A stretch of 64,000 nucleotides of DNA from an uncultured Bacteroidales bacterium (GCA_964411555.1 CAYPLF010000001.1:52593-116592); one strand, 5' to 3'. Numbered from the stretch's first letter, positions 28,187-39,514 are shown. The notes: generated by a model not told the origin, from the letters alone. Numbers and translations are program-made.

Positions 28187-30013
28187 ATGAATAGCCTATA
28201 CCCCATAAGTAACACCCTGCAAATGAAGCTGGATAGGGTTCCCGAAACACCGGGGGTCTACCAGTATTTTGATGAATCTGGTGTTGTAATCTATGTTGGC
28301 AAGGCTAAAAATTTGCGCAAACGGGTTTATTCCTATTTTACCAAGCTTCATGATGATAGCCCTAAGACTCGTATTCTTGTTAAAAAAATACGCGATCTTG
28401 ATTATATTGTGGTTCCTACCGAATCAGACGCCTTGTTGCTGGAAAACAATCTGATCAAGCAATACAGGCCACGCTACAATGTGTTGTTGAAAGACGACAA
28501 GACCTATCCCAGTATCTGCATCAAAAAGGAACCTTTTCCTCGTGTCTTTCAAACGCGCAAACTTATATCAGACGGTTCTGAATACTACGGCCCTTACAGT
28601 TCAGTTACCAGCATGAAGGCCATTTTGTGGCTGATTCGTCAAGTCTATTCTTTGCGTACATGCAAGCTACCCATGTTGAAAAAAGACATTGATCAAGGCA
28701 AGTACAAAGTTTGTCTGGAATATCACATTAAGCGGTGTCAAGGCCCTTGTATTGGTTTACAAAGTGAAGCATCTTATCTGGAATCCATAGCCGATGTGCG
28801 AGAAATACTTAATGGAAATATTCAAAAAGTGGGTCATCATTTATTGACAACGATGAAGACATTATCGCATGAATTGAAGTTCGAAGAAGCACAACGCGTA
28901 AAAGAAAAATATGATCTCATTGAACAATATCGCAGTAAATCGACTGTGATCAATACCAACCTTCATGAAATGGATGTGTTTACATATGGTGAGTTTGGAT
29001 CATCAGCCATCATCAATTACTTACATGTTAAACATGGTGCTATCGTTCAAGGCTTAAGCACTGAATGGAAAAAACGCTTGGAAGAGAATAAGGAAGAGCT
29101 ATTGAGTAGTGCCATTTTTGAACTCCGCCAGCGTTTCAACAGCCAAAGCAAAGAACTTATTGTGCCATTTGAGCCAGATATCATTCCAGAACAGGTTAGT
29201 TTTGTCATTCCTCAACGAGGAGAAAAAAAGAAATTGCTCGATTTGTCAATTCAAAACGTCAACCAGTACATACAAGACCTGACTAAACAACAAGAGAAAT
29301 TGAATCCCGAACAACGTGTCACCCGTTTGTTGACAACTATAAAAAAAGATCTTCACTTGAATGAACTGCCTTTTCATATGGAGTGCTTTGATAATTCAAA
29401 CACACAAGGAACTAACCCCGTTTCATCTTGTGTCGTATTTAAGAATGGCAAGCCTTCTAAAAAAGACTACCGTCATTTCAATATCAAAAGTGTTGATGGG
29501 CCCAATGATTTTGCTTCCATGGAAGAAGTGCTGTATAGACGGTATAAACGGTTAATTGACGAAAATCAATCGCTTCCACAGTTAATCATAGTCGACGGCG
29601 GGAAAGGACAATTATCATCCGCTGTAACCGTGCTCAATGGATTGGATTTAATGGATAAACTTCAGGTAATCGGCATTGCCAAAAACCTGGAGGAACTCTT
29701 TTTCCCGCATGATACGGTACCGCTATACTTGGATAAGAACTCGGAAACACTCCGAATCATACAACAGATGCGAGACGAAGCACATCGTTTTGGTATCACC
29801 CATCACAGAAAGAGAAGAAGCAAAGAAGCGTTTCATTCAGAACTGGATGAGATTAAGGGCATAGGTGAAAGCACAAAAAAAACGTTGTTGGAATCGTACA
29901 AAAGCGTAAAACGGATTAAAGAAGCTTCTCTGGATGAATTGTCTCTGTTGGTTGGACCTTCAAAGGCTCAGAAAATTCATGTATTTTTACACAAAGAAAC
30001 CCAACAATCATGA
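28187..30013 (+). CDS. uvrC: Excinuclease ABC subunit C
   Basis: 608 aa. GIY-YIG N-terminus (PGVYQYFDESGVVIYVGKAKNLRKR), UvrBC domain, and a C-terminal HhH. Confidence 0.95.
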   Translation: MNSLYPISNTLQMKLDRVPETPGVYQYFDESGVVIYVGKAKNLRKRVYSYFTKLHDDSPKTRILVKKIRDLDYIVVPTESDALLLENNLIKQYRPRYNVLLKDDKTYPSICIKKEPFPRVFQTRKLISDGSEYYGPYSSVTSMKAILWLIRQVYSLRTCKLPMLKKDIDQGKYKVCLEYHIKRCQGPCIGLQSEASYLESIADVREILNGNIQKVGHHLLTTMKTLSHELKFEEAQRVKEKYDLIEQYRSKSTVINTNLHEMDVFTYGEFGSSAIINYLHVKHGAIVQGLSTEWKKRLEENKEELLSSAIFELRQRFNSQSKELIVPFEPDIIPEQVSFVIPQRGEKKKLLDLSIQNVNQYIQDLTKQQEKLNPEQRVTRLLTTIKKDLHLNELPFHMECFDNSNTQGTNPVSSCVVFKNGKPSKKDYRHFNIKSVDGPNDFASMEEVLYRRYKRLIDENQSLPQLIIVDGGKGQLSSAVTVLNGLDLMDKLQVIGIAKNLEELFFPHDTVPLYLDKNSETLRIIQQMRDEAHRFGITHHRKRRSKEAFHSELDEIKGIGESTKKTLLESYKSVKRIKEASLDELSLLVGPSKAQKIHVFLHKETQQS

Positions 30014-30474
30014 GGGCTCTCATACAACGTGTCAGTGAAGCATCTGTACGAATTGATGGTAGTAGATATGCTGCTATCAAACAGGGATTACTTGTACTAG
30101 TTGGCTTTGAACCAGCTGATTGTCAGGATGATATAGAAAGACTGTCCAAAAAAATCAGACAACTGCGCATCTTTTCAGATGAAAATGGATTGATGAATAA
30201 ATCGGTGTTGGATATTCATGGTGAATTGCTGATTGTCAGTCAGTTTACTCTATATGCTGATACACAGAAAGGAAACAGGCCTTCGTTTGTGAAGGCCGCA
30301 CCTCCTGCTGTGGCCATTCATTTTTATGAATCATTTATCAGAGCTTGTAAAGAACAAGTGGGCATCGATAACATTAAAACAGGTGTTTTTGGGGCCGATA
30401 TGGCTGTTTCGTTAATCAATGACGGACCTGTCACAATATGGTTGGATTCAATGATTCCAGCACAAAACCAATAG
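30010..30474 (+). CDS. dtd: D-aminoacyl-tRNA deacylase
   Basis: 154 aa. MRALIQRV... and the SQFTLYAD motif. ATGA overlap with uvrC. Confidence 0.9.
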   Translation: MRALIQRVSEASVRIDGSRYAAIKQGLLVLVGFEPADCQDDIERLSKKIRQLRIFSDENGLMNKSVLDIHGELLIVSQFTLYADTQKGNRPSFVKAAPPAVAIHFYESFIRACKEQVGIDNIKTGVFGADMAVSLINDGPVTIWLDSMIPAQNQ

Positions 30475-30506
30475 TAACTATTGACACAGAAGTCAAAAAA
30501 TATGCA

Positions 30507-30833
30507 ATGACACTAAAAGAAACACAATCTATTGTAGACCAATGGATTAAACAGTATGGCGTCCGGTATTTCAATGAGTTGACCAACATGACATTACTCA
30601 CGGAAGAAGTGGGAGAATTGGCACGTGTGGTAGCCAGGAAGTATGGTGAACAATCGTGCAAGTCCGATGAATGCGACTTGTCGCTCGACGAAGAGCTGGC
30701 CGATATCCTGTTTGTATTGATCTGCCTGGCCAATCAGACAGGCGTTGATTTGGAAACGGCACTGAACGCCTCATTGGAAAAGAAAACCAACCGAGATAAC
30801 AAACGACATATAACCAATACAAAATTACAATGA
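30507..30833 (+). CDS. MazG-like nucleotide pyrophosphohydrolase (small, single domain)
   Basis: Track ORF 30438..30833 trimmed to ATG 30507 (MTLKETQSIVDQWIKQYGVRYF...). Has the EExGE motif (LTEEVGELARV) and ELADILFVLICLAN. Confidence 0.75.
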   Translation: MTLKETQSIVDQWIKQYGVRYFNELTNMTLLTEEVGELARVVARKYGEQSCKSDECDLSLDEELADILFVLICLANQTGVDLETALNASLEKKTNRDNKRHITNTKLQ

Positions 30834-31705
30834 CAACACGTATAAACGAAGCCATCAATCAGTACCCTACATTTACAAAAGAATCGATTAAAACGGCTGT
30901 TTTACAACTGTTGGAAACCCGTGAACCCGAGCTTTCCAATCAAGCTGTCTATGACAAAATAGTGGGATTGCTTGATCTCACCAGTCTGAATACTACCGAT
31001 TCAGAAGAAAGCATTTCAGCTTTTACAGAAAAAGTGAACCTGTTTGGTGAAAAATACCCGGAATATTCAAACGTTGCTGCCATTTGTGTTTACCCGGTAT
31101 TTGTAAAAACCGTTCGTGAACTGGTAACAGAAGGTGTGGAAATTGCTGCAGTCACCGGTGGTTTTCCGCATTCTCAAACCTATATGGAAGTCAAAATTGC
31201 TGAAACATCGTTGGCAATTATGGACGGTGCAACAGAAATTGATGTTGTGATGCCTATTGGGAAATTACGTGAGAAAAAATACGATGAAATCGTTGAAGAA
31301 ATTAGCGAAATCAAATCAGCTTGCAGAAACGCACGGCTTAAAGTTATTCTGGAATCGGGAGCGTTGAGCCTATCTGAATTACGTACAGCCTGCATCCTGG
31401 CCATGGAAGCCGGTGCAGATTTCATCAAGACTTCTACAGGCAAGCAACAACCCGGCGCAACGATGGATGCGGCTTATTGTATGTGTACCTTGATTGCTGA
31501 ATACCACCGATTAAGTGGCAGAAAGGTAGGATTCAAGGCTGCTGGTGGTATAAAAACAACTCAAGAAGCCGTACAATACTACGCGTTGGTAGAATCGTTG
31601 TTGGGAAATGAGTGGCTGACAAAGGAGTATTTCCGCATAGGAGCAAGCAGCCTTGCCAACGAATTGCTCAGTGATATTCTGGGAGAAAAGACCGTGTTTT
31701 TTTAA
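30830..31705 (+). CDS. deoC: Deoxyribose-phosphate aldolase (long form)
   Basis: 291 aa. Schiff-base lysine context ADFIKTSTGK. ATGA overlap with the preceding gene. Confidence 0.8.
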   Translation: MTTRINEAINQYPTFTKESIKTAVLQLLETREPELSNQAVYDKIVGLLDLTSLNTTDSEESISAFTEKVNLFGEKYPEYSNVAAICVYPVFVKTVRELVTEGVEIAAVTGGFPHSQTYMEVKIAETSLAIMDGATEIDVVMPIGKLREKKYDEIVEEISEIKSACRNARLKVILESGALSLSELRTACILAMEAGADFIKTSTGKQQPGATMDAAYCMCTLIAEYHRLSGRKVGFKAAGGIKTTQEAVQYYALVESLLGNEWLTKEYFRIGASSLANELLSDILGEKTVFF

Positions 31706-31715
31706 TCAGCACATT

Positions 31716-32684
31716 TTAAAACGTACGTTGCATAAAAAAGTCTACACAAAGCAACAACGATTGTTTGAACTGATTATCCGGAAAATCATCCAAGCACTTG
31801 ACAGCAAGCTCTTTGTAATCTTGCATGCGTTTTTCGGCATACTCGACACCTCCCATGTCAAACACGAATTGATTGATTGTCTGTAAATTAGACAACGTAA
31901 AGTCTCTATTTTTGATCATGTTCAAGAAGGGTCTTTTCGTTGACTTGTCTGCTTTCTCAAGCGCATATATCAATGGCAAGGTCATTTTCCCCTCTTTCAA
32001 ATCGTTGCTGGTCGGCTTTCCTATGGTGTTTTTGGCAAAGTAATCGAAAATATCGTCTTTGATTTGGAAAATCATTCCAAGTTGTTCACCAAACTTCGTC
32101 AGCGCATGTTCTTGTTCCGGTGAAGCCTGTGAAGCAACCGCGCCGGCCTGCGTGCAAAAAGCAAACGTCCTGGCTGTTTTCTTGCGTATAACCTCCAAGT
32201 AAGTTGCTTCGTCAATGATCAATTTACGTTCATTGGATAGCTGCATCATCTCTCCTTCAGAAAGCTCACAACCCAATTCTGCCAATAAAAATGAAATACG
32301 ACCCTGACAGATTCCGGATGAAATATAGGCCGATTTTGACAGGTAATAATCTCCCACTAAAATAGCCGGCTTGTTATTCCATAAAGCTTTGACCGAAAAA
32401 CTGGAACGGCGTTTATACGTATTGTCAACTACATCATCGTGCATCAAGCTGGCGGTATGAAGCAACTCCAATGAAACCGCCGATTTTATACTATCGAGAG
32501 TGATTGAACCTATTAATCCGGATGACAACAAAACAAGATGTGGACGTATCTCCTTCCCTTTTTGTTTCTTCACATAATTAAGCACCTGTTTCAACAAGTA
32601 CGTTTCCGTTCGAATGGCCTCATCAAATGCTCTCTCATATTCGAGAAACTCCTTGGCTATTGGTTTTCGTATTTGCTCTATCAT
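31716..32684 (-). CDS. Polyprenyl diphosphate synthase (trans-IPPS, long-chain type)
   Basis: 322 aa. First and second Asp-rich motifs LMHDDVVDN and KDDIFDY. Chain length cannot be determined from sequence. Confidence 0.85.
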   Translation of the reverse strand: MIEQIRKPIAKEFLEYERAFDEAIRTETYLLKQVLNYVKKQKGKEIRPHLVLLSSGLIGSITLDSIKSAVSLELLHTASLMHDDVVDNTYKRRSSFSVKALWNNKPAILVGDYYLSKSAYISSGICQGRISFLLAELGCELSEGEMMQLSNERKLIIDEATYLEVIRKKTARTFAFCTQAGAVASQASPEQEHALTKFGEQLGMIFQIKDDIFDYFAKNTIGKPTSNDLKEGKMTLPLIYALEKADKSTKRPFLNMIKNRDFTLSNLQTINQFVFDMGGVEYAEKRMQDYKELAVKCLDDFPDNQFKQSLLLCVDFFMQRTF

Positions 32685-32702
32685 ACAAATGCATTATCAT
32701 GA

Positions 32703-32710
32703 CAAAAATA
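32703..32710 (-). promoter_or_regulatory. -7 element TATTTTTG upstream of the polyprenyl synthase gene
   Basis: Exact match on the minus strand, 18 nt upstream of ATG 32684. Confidence 0.6.
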
Positions 32711-32812
32711 ATAAAAAAATGCGGCTTCTTCTTTTTTTCGTACTTTTACAGACGTACGGAGGCCTGTCATAATAGACGTTTTAGGTTTCCACAACAAAAG
32801 AACTGAGAACCA

Positions 32813-35659
32813 TTGGCACGAAGATTATTTTTAATTGATGCATACGCCATCATTTACCGGTCGTACTATGCATTCATCAAGCAGCCCAGGATAAATTCAA
32901 AGGGAGAGAATACGTCTGCCGTTTTTGGATTTGTCAACACACTCGAAGAACTGATCCACCGGGAAAATCCCGATTGTCTCGCTGTTTGTTTCGACCCCAA
33001 AGGTCCCACCTTCAGACACGAAGCCTACGAACACTACAAGGCCCAACGTGAGGAAACACCTGAAGTGATACAATGGTCTGTTCCACGTATTAAATCCATC
33101 ATTGAGGCATACAACATCCCCATTATGGAAGTACCTGGTTTCGAGGCTGATGATGTAATCGGAACACTTTCGCGTCTTGGAGAAGAAGCAGGTTTTGACG
33201 TCTTCATGATGACACCGGACAAAGACTGCGGTCAATTGGTGACCGACCATGTCTTTATGTACAAACCGAAATACGGCAGTAATGAATTTGAAGTACTGGG
33301 CCCAAAGGAGATTATGAACAAGTACTCCCTGACTCATCCAAAACAAATCATCGACTTGCTGGGACTCATGGGAGACGCGTCCGACAACATACCCGGCTGT
33401 CCCGGTATTGGTGAGGTGACAGCGAAAAAATTGATCGCCGAATACGGTTCAATCGATAATTTGCTTAATAGCTATCACGAACTGAAAGGGAAACTGAAAG
33501 AAAAAATTGAAAACAACCTTGACCTAATTTCTTTTTCCCGGTTTCTTGCAACCATACGAACCGATGTCCCCATTGACTTCAATGAAGAAGTCTTGACAAG
33601 AAAACCGGTTTCATTGGAAACGGTAAAAGAGTTGTTCGAACAATTGGAATTTCGTGCGTTGTTCCAACGTGTTGAAAAAAATGCCAACACCTCGATTCAA
33701 CTTCCAAAAATTGTTCCTCCCAAAATTACATTGCCAAATGCTCAGCAATTGTTGTGGGACGAACCCAATCTGTTCAATCAGGGAGAAAACGTCGTTGAGA
33801 CTGCTGTAAATTCCACCAAATGGACAGAAGAAAAAAAAGAATCAATTCTCAAAGACATAAATTTAGTACCTCATACCTATCAGATTCTTGATAATGAGGC
33901 AGATATTTTGAATTTCATCGCTATTCTCCGTGCACAAAAAATGTTCTGTCTGGATACGGAGACCACCGGACTCAACCCGTTGACCTGCGAATTGGTGGGA
34001 ATCTCCTTTTGTTGGGAAAAAGGGAACGCCTGGTACATCGCACTGAATACTTCGAAGGTAAAAACCGAAGTAGTGTTGTCAAATCTACGCCCCATTTTGG
34101 AAGACCCCTCAAAACAGATCATTGGTCAAAACATCAAGTTTGATTTGTTGGTCTTGAAACATCATGGAATAAACCTGAAGGGTGAGTTGTTCGACACCAT
34201 GATTGCCCACTACCTGCTCCAACCAGAATTGAAACATGGTATGGATTACCTGGCGGAAATCTATTTAGGTTATAAGACCATTCACATTGATGAGTTGATT
34301 GGAGGCAAGGGAAAGCAACAGCTGAACATGAAAGATGTGCCGCTTGAAAAGATTGGTCCTTATGCGGCCGAAGATGCAGACATTACCTTACAACTATACG
34401 AATGGCTGGAGCCAGAGCTTAAAACCAACGGATTGGAATTCCTGAGTCGGGAAATTGAAATGCCTCTCATCAAGGTCTTGGCAGAAATGGAGTATCAGGG
34501 TGTCAGTATTGATACTGAAAGCCTTAAACAGGCGTCACTGAGCATGACTTCCACCTTGGAAATAGTGGAAAAAGAAATCCAGGAACTGGCCGGAACATCA
34601 TTCAACGTAAACAGTCCGAAACAGATTGGGGAGATCTTGTTTGAAACGCTGAAAATTGACAGCAAGGCAAAGAAGACAAAGACCGGGCAATATTCCACAT
34701 CGGAAGATGTGCTGGAAAAATTGAAAAGCAAACACCCCGTTGTAGAAAAAATCCTGGAACAACGGGGCTTGAAAAAGTTACTCAGCACCTACATCGACGC
34801 TTTGCCCGCCTTGATCAATCCAACCTCGGGCAAAATACATACGTCCTTCAACCAGGCCATCACGGCAACAGGCCGACTCAGTTCCAGCAATCCCAACCTG
34901 CAGAACATTCCCATCCGGGATGCCATTGGTAGGGAGATTCGAAAAGCATTTTCCTGTAAACCGGATGAATATTTCGTTTCTGCTGACTATTCACAGATTG
35001 AACTACGATTGATGGCTCACCTAAGTAAGGACGAAACCATGATTGAGGCCTTTCGGAAAGATCAGGACATCCATGCGGCAACGGCAGCAAAAATATACAA
35101 TATACCGTTGGACGAAGTTACTTCCGACATGCGGCGAAAGGCAAAGACCGCCAATTTCGGGATTATCTACGGCATCTCGGTATTTGGGCTGGCAGAACGC
35201 ATGGGGGTGAATCGAAGCGAAGCCAAAGAGTTGATTGATGGTTACTTTGAAACCTATCCGGCTGTCAAGAAATACATGGAAGACGTTGTTATTGATGCAA
35301 AGAACAATGGTTGGGTGGAAACCCTTTACCACCGCAAACGTTTTTTACCCGATATTACCTCTCATAATGCGGTTGTAAGGGGCTATGCAGAACGAAACGC
35401 CATCAACGCCCCCATCCAGGGTACGGCGGCCGATATCATCAAGATTGCCATGGTGAACATCTACAACGCGTTGGAAAAGAAATCCTTGCGTTCAAAAATG
35501 ATCCTGCAGGTACACGACGAACTGAACTTCATCGTTCCCAAAGACGAATTGAAAATCCTGTTGGATTTGGTGAGAAAAGAAATGGAAGCGGCCGCAGAAT
35601 TATTGGTTCCCCTGAAGGCTGATATCGGTTACGGAGCAAACTGGCTGGAGGCACACTGA
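32813..35659 (+). CDS. polA: DNA polymerase I
   Basis: 948 aa with 5'-nuclease, 3'-5' exonuclease and polymerase domains (motif A DYSQIELR, motif B RRKAKTANFGIIYG, motif C QVHDEL). Starts at TTG 32813, with an in-frame TGA at 32804-32806. Confidence 0.95.
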   Translation: MARRLFLIDAYAIIYRSYYAFIKQPRINSKGENTSAVFGFVNTLEELIHRENPDCLAVCFDPKGPTFRHEAYEHYKAQREETPEVIQWSVPRIKSIIEAYNIPIMEVPGFEADDVIGTLSRLGEEAGFDVFMMTPDKDCGQLVTDHVFMYKPKYGSNEFEVLGPKEIMNKYSLTHPKQIIDLLGLMGDASDNIPGCPGIGEVTAKKLIAEYGSIDNLLNSYHELKGKLKEKIENNLDLISFSRFLATIRTDVPIDFNEEVLTRKPVSLETVKELFEQLEFRALFQRVEKNANTSIQLPKIVPPKITLPNAQQLLWDEPNLFNQGENVVETAVNSTKWTEEKKESILKDINLVPHTYQILDNEADILNFIAILRAQKMFCLDTETTGLNPLTCELVGISFCWEKGNAWYIALNTSKVKTEVVLSNLRPILEDPSKQIIGQNIKFDLLVLKHHGINLKGELFDTMIAHYLLQPELKHGMDYLAEIYLGYKTIHIDELIGGKGKQQLNMKDVPLEKIGPYAAEDADITLQLYEWLEPELKTNGLEFLSREIEMPLIKVLAEMEYQGVSIDTESLKQASLSMTSTLEIVEKEIQELAGTSFNVNSPKQIGEILFETLKIDSKAKKTKTGQYSTSEDVLEKLKSKHPVVEKILEQRGLKKLLSTYIDALPALINPTSGKIHTSFNQAITATGRLSSSNPNLQNIPIRDAIGREIRKAFSCKPDEYFVSADYSQIELRLMAHLSKDETMIEAFRKDQDIHAATAAKIYNIPLDEVTSDMRRKAKTANFGIIYGISVFGLAERMGVNRSEAKELIDGYFETYPAVKKYMEDVVIDAKNNGWVETLYHRKRFLPDITSHNAVVRGYAERNAINAPIQGTAADIIKIAMVNIYNALEKKSLRSKMILQVHDELNFIVPKDELKILLDLVRKEMEAAAELLVPLKADIGYGANWLEAH

Positions 35660-35678
35660 AAAAGTCGCCGGTTTTTTG

Positions 35679-35686
35679 TACTTTTG
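35679..35686 (+). promoter_or_regulatory. -7 element TACTTTTG upstream of ychF
   Basis: Exact match, 27 nt upstream of ATG 35714. Confidence 0.6.
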
Positions 35687-35713
35687 CAGCCTCAAACCCA
35701 TCAATATCACATC

Positions 35714-36817
35714 ATGGCATTACAATGCGGCATCGTTGGACTTCCCAACGTCGGCAAATCCACCTTGTTCAACTGCTTGTCGAACGCAAAAGCTCAAGCG
35801 GCCAATTTCCCCTTCTGCACCATTGAACCCAACGTGGGTGTAATCACTGTGCCCGACGAGCGGCTCAACAAACTGGCCGAACTGGTTCACCCTGGACGCA
35901 TTGTTCCAACCACGGTGGAGATTGTGGACATTGCCGGTCTGGTAAAAGGAGCCAGCAAAGGCGAAGGACTGGGCAACAAATTCCTGGCTAACATCCGGGA
36001 AACCGACGCCATCATCCATGTCATCCGTTGTTTTGAAGACGAGAATGTGACCCATGTGGACGGTTCTGTTGACCCTGTCAGGGATAAGGAAATCATCGAC
36101 TACGAACTGCAAATCAAAGACCTGGAAACCATAGACAGCCGCATCCAAAAGGTGCAGAAACAAGCCCAAACGGGTGGAGACAAACAGGCCAAACAGGTGT
36201 ATGAGGTGTTGATACGTTTCAAAGAAGCCCTCGAACAGGGAAAATCAGCGCGAACCGTTCAATTTGAAACCAAAGACGAACAAAAGATAGCCCACGACTT
36301 GTTCCTACTCACCAACAAGCCAGTGATGTACATCTGCAACGTGGATGAAGCTTCAGCAGTAAATGGAAATGTCTACTCCAACCAACTCCAGGAAGCCGTT
36401 AAAGACGAAGGCGCACAAACACTGATTGTGGCCGCAAAGATTGAGTCTGAAATTGCTGAATTCGACACTTTCGAAGAACGTCAACTGTTTTTAAGTGAAT
36501 TGGGGCTGGAGGAATCGGGTGTTTCACAATTGATCAAGTCAGCCTACAAGTTGCTGAATTTGAGCACCTTCCTAACAGCTGGACCCATGGAAGTCAGGGC
36601 TTGGACCTTTGTAACCGGCAGCAAGGCACCTGTTTGTGCCGGTGTCATCCACACCGATTTTGAAAAGGGTTTCATCCGTGCCGAGGTCATCAAATACGAA
36701 GATTACATTCGCTACGGTTCAGAAGCAGCCGTGAAGGAAGCCGGTAAAATGACAGTGGAGGGCAAGGACTATATTGTGCAGGATGGTGACATCATGCACT
36801 TCCGCTTCAATGTGTAA
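35714..36817 (+). CDS. ychF: Ribosome-binding ATPase YchF
   Basis: Track ORF starts at TTG 35684, inside the promoter element. Trimmed to ATG 35714 ([20 protein letters not shown]). C-terminal TGS-like region [11 protein letters not shown]. Confidence 0.95.
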   Translation: MALQCGIVGLPNVGKSTLFNCLSNAKAQAANFPFCTIEPNVGVITVPDERLNKLAELVHPGRIVPTTVEIVDIAGLVKGASKGEGLGNKFLANIRETDAIIHVIRCFEDENVTHVDGSVDPVRDKEIIDYELQIKDLETIDSRIQKVQKQAQTGGDKQAKQVYEVLIRFKEALEQGKSARTVQFETKDEQKIAHDLFLLTNKPVMYICNVDEASAVNGNVYSNQLQEAVKDEGAQTLIVAAKIESEIAEFDTFEERQLFLSELGLEESGVSQLIKSAYKLLNLSTFLTAGPMEVRAWTFVTGSKAPVCAGVIHTDFEKGFIRAEVIKYEDYIRYGSEAAVKEAGKMTVEGKDYIVQDGDIMHFRFNV

Positions 36818-36824
36818 ATCAGCT

Positions 36825-39491
36825 CTATTTACCCTTTATGATTCGCTTGATGTCGCTGAGCTTGTTCAAGGCTTCCAGGGGCGTCAGGTTGTTGACATCC
36901 ACTTTGATGATCTCATCCCTTATTTGAGAAAGCACCGGGTCGTCAAGTTGAAAAAAGCTCAGCTGCATACCATCGCGCTGATTGGCTATCTCTTTTGTCG
37001 GTTTGGCCAATGAGCCTTTTCGATTCTCCCCTTCCATCTTCAGGAGAATTTGGTTGGCCCGCTTCACAATGCTGTTTGGCATGCCAGCCATACTGGCCAC
37101 ATGGATGCCGAAGCTGTGTTCGGTTCCACCCCGCTCCAACTTCCGTAAAAAGATGACCTTGCCGTCTGCTTCGCGCACTGAAACGTGGTAATTCTTAATA
37201 CGAGGAAACGTCTTTTCCATCTCATTCAATTCATGGTAATGGGTAGCAAACAGGGTTTTGGCTTTGTAACGAGGATGTTCATGAATGTGTTCCACAATGG
37301 CCCAGGCTATTGATATGCCGTCGTAGGTACTCGTACCCCTACCCAATTCATCGAACAATACCAGGCTGTTGTGTGAAAGACTGTTCAGAATATCGGATGC
37401 TTCGGTCATTTCCACCATGAAGGTAGATTCGCCGGCGGAAATGTTGTCGGAGGCACCCACGCGGGTAAATATTTTGTCCACCACCCCTATTTCGGCTGAT
37501 TCGGCAGGCACAAACGAACCGATTTGACCCATAAGTACAATCAAGGCTGTTTGTCTGAGTAAAGCCGATTTACCAGACATATTAGGGCCGGTCACCATGA
37601 TGATTTGTTCGTGTTGGCTGTCAAGATGCACATCGTTGGCAATGTACGGTTCCCCTTGAGGCAGCTGTTTTTCAATCACGGGATGCCTTCCTGCATGAAT
37701 GGTCAATGCATCACTTTCCACTACGACGGGCCGTTTGTAGTTATTTTCGTGTGCGACGGTTGAAAAAGATAGCAAACAGTCAAGCTGCGCAACCAGGTTG
37801 GCATCTTGCTGAATGTGCAATACATACTCACACAATTCAGTGGCTAATTCCTGAAAGATACGTGCTTCCAGCTGAGCAATTTTTTCTTCAGCTCCCAGTA
37901 TCTTTTCCTCGTATGCCTTCAATTCCTGGGTAATGTATCGTTCTGCATTGACGAGTGTCTGTTTACGGATCCATTCTTCAGGAACCTTGTCTTTTTGTGA
38001 ATTGCGCACTTCGATGTAGTAACCGAAGACATTGTTGAAACTGATTTTCAGACTGCTGATGCCCGTCCGTTCGGCTTCCCGTTCTTGAATGGCTAGGAGG
38101 TATTCCTTACCCGAAGTGGATAATTTTCTGAGTTCATCCAATTCCGCACAAACACCCTCTTTTACCACCTCACCCCTATTTAGAGCAATGGGAGGCATTT
38201 CAACTATGGTTTGCTGGATACGCTCTTTTATTTCCGTACAGGGATTCATGGCTTCCACCAAAATCCTGAGCGCTTGATAACCTGCATTGTCATACGCATG
38301 GATAATCGCATCTTCTTTCGCACCTTCTTCCATCATGCCGGATATACAGATACGCCTGATGTTCTCTACCGCCGTCAATGAATGTTTCAAGTATACCATT
38401 TCCCGTGGAGACACACGTCCCACGGCTATCTTTGAGGCTATACGTTCCAGATCACCTATTTGACCGATTGTTTTGCTCAACTGCTCACGCAACAAGAGTT
38501 GGTTGTAGAGATATTCCGTCACATCTTGCCGGGTTCGTATGGTTTCCACCTGTTTCAGGGGAAACAACAACCAGCGGCGCATCAACCGTCCACCCATGGC
38601 ACTTTGAGTACGGTCTATGACGGACAGCAGACTTTTTCCGCCTTCATTCATGGCGTCACACAATTCCAGATTTCGTATGGTGTACCGATCTAAGCGCACA
38701 AACCGTTCTTCGTCCAAACGAGACAAAGAAAAGATGTGACCGATTTGTGTGTGCTCGGTCATATCCATATAGTACAACAAACTGCCCGAGGCGATAATGG
38801 CCAGGGGCATATCCTGAATACCAAAGCCTTTCAGATTTTTTGTTTTAAAGTGCTTCAATAAACGGGTTTGAGCAGAATCGTCGGTATAAACCCAATCGTC
38901 CATCTCAAAACGAGCACCCGTGAAATGGAGGTTTTCCTGCACCAGGCTTCGTTTATTTCTCTCATACAGCAACTCTTTGGGCGAAAAGGTATTCAGAAGT
39001 TTATCCACGTATTCCAACGTACCTTCTGCTGTATAAAATTCACCGGTCGATATGTCAAGAAAAGCTACTCCCGCCCTTCCCTTTTCTACGTGGATGCCGG
39101 CTAAAAAATTGTTTTCTTTTTGATTTAGGATGTGTTCATTGGTCGAAACGCCAGGAGTAACCAATTCGGTAATGCCTCGCTTAACCAATTTTTTGGTCAT
39201 TTTTGGATCTTCCAGCTGATCACAAATGGCTACTCGTTTTCCGGCCCTAACCAATTTAGGTAGAAAATTATCCAATGCATGAAAGGGAAAGCCGGCCATT
39301 TCAATAGGACCGGACGCACCATTCGATTTCTTGGTCAGGGCAATGCTGAGAATATCCACAATAGACAAGGCATCTTGTCCGTAGGCTTCATAAAAATCAC
39401 CAACCCGAAACAATAAAACAGCATCAGGATGCTTGCTTTTCATTTCGAAGTACTGTCTGATCAACGGGGTGTCTTCTGCTGGTCTGTTCAA
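36825..39491 (-). CDS. mutS: DNA mismatch repair protein MutS
   Basis: 888 aa. N-terminal [28 protein letters not shown], Walker [21 protein letters not shown]. The start codon is TTG at 39491-39489, with an in-frame TGA two codons upstream. Confidence 0.95.
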   Translation of the reverse strand: MNRPAEDTPLIRQYFEMKSKHPDAVLLFRVGDFYEAYGQDALSIVDILSIALTKKSNGASGPIEMAGFPFHALDNFLPKLVRAGKRVAICDQLEDPKMTKKLVKRGITELVTPGVSTNEHILNQKENNFLAGIHVEKGRAGVAFLDISTGEFYTAEGTLEYVDKLLNTFSPKELLYERNKRSLVQENLHFTGARFEMDDWVYTDDSAQTRLLKHFKTKNLKGFGIQDMPLAIIASGSLLYYMDMTEHTQIGHIFSLSRLDEERFVRLDRYTIRNLELCDAMNEGGKSLLSVIDRTQSAMGGRLMRRWLLFPLKQVETIRTRQDVTEYLYNQLLLREQLSKTIGQIGDLERIASKIAVGRVSPREMVYLKHSLTAVENIRRICISGMMEEGAKEDAIIHAYDNAGYQALRILVEAMNPCTEIKERIQQTIVEMPPIALNRGEVVKEGVCAELDELRKLSTSGKEYLLAIQEREAERTGISSLKISFNNVFGYYIEVRNSQKDKVPEEWIRKQTLVNAERYITQELKAYEEKILGAEEKIAQLEARIFQELATELCEYVLHIQQDANLVAQLDCLLSFSTVAHENNYKRPVVVESDALTIHAGRHPVIEKQLPQGEPYIANDVHLDSQHEQIIMVTGPNMSGKSALLRQTALIVLMGQIGSFVPAESAEIGVVDKIFTRVGASDNISAGESTFMVEMTEASDILNSLSHNSLVLFDELGRGTSTYDGISIAWAIVEHIHEHPRYKAKTLFATHYHELNEMEKTFPRIKNYHVSVREADGKVIFLRKLERGGTEHSFGIHVASMAGMPNSIVKRANQILLKMEGENRKGSLAKPTKEIANQRDGMQLSFFQLDDPVLSQIRDEIIKVDVNNLTPLEALNKLSDIKRIIKGK

Positions 39492-39514
39492 GGTTCAGTT
39501 GCTTTGTTCGACGG

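Noticed and set aside
27663-28250. 195-aa ORF antisense to the mnmG 3' end and the uvrC 5' end. Similar long antisense ORFs lie at 4427-4966, 32897-33346, 35720-36169 and 13893-14357.
   Set aside because: All lie entirely opposite well-supported conserved genes, in the frame where stop codons are naturally depleted. Their translations are compositionally odd and resemble no family I know. I treat them as shadow ORFs.
28187-31705. The uvrC-dtd-mazG-deoC block looks more AT-rich than genes such as fabF or pckA (a single 60-nt line I counted was 38% GC against 55%). This raised the question of horizontal acquisition.
   Set aside because: The comparison is based on eyeballing a few lines only. 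The genes are universal housekeeping genes in a conserved overlapping-operon layout. The GC difference fits expression-linked codon bias, since fabF, acpP and pckA are highly expressed. There are no flanking repeats, tRNA or integrase.
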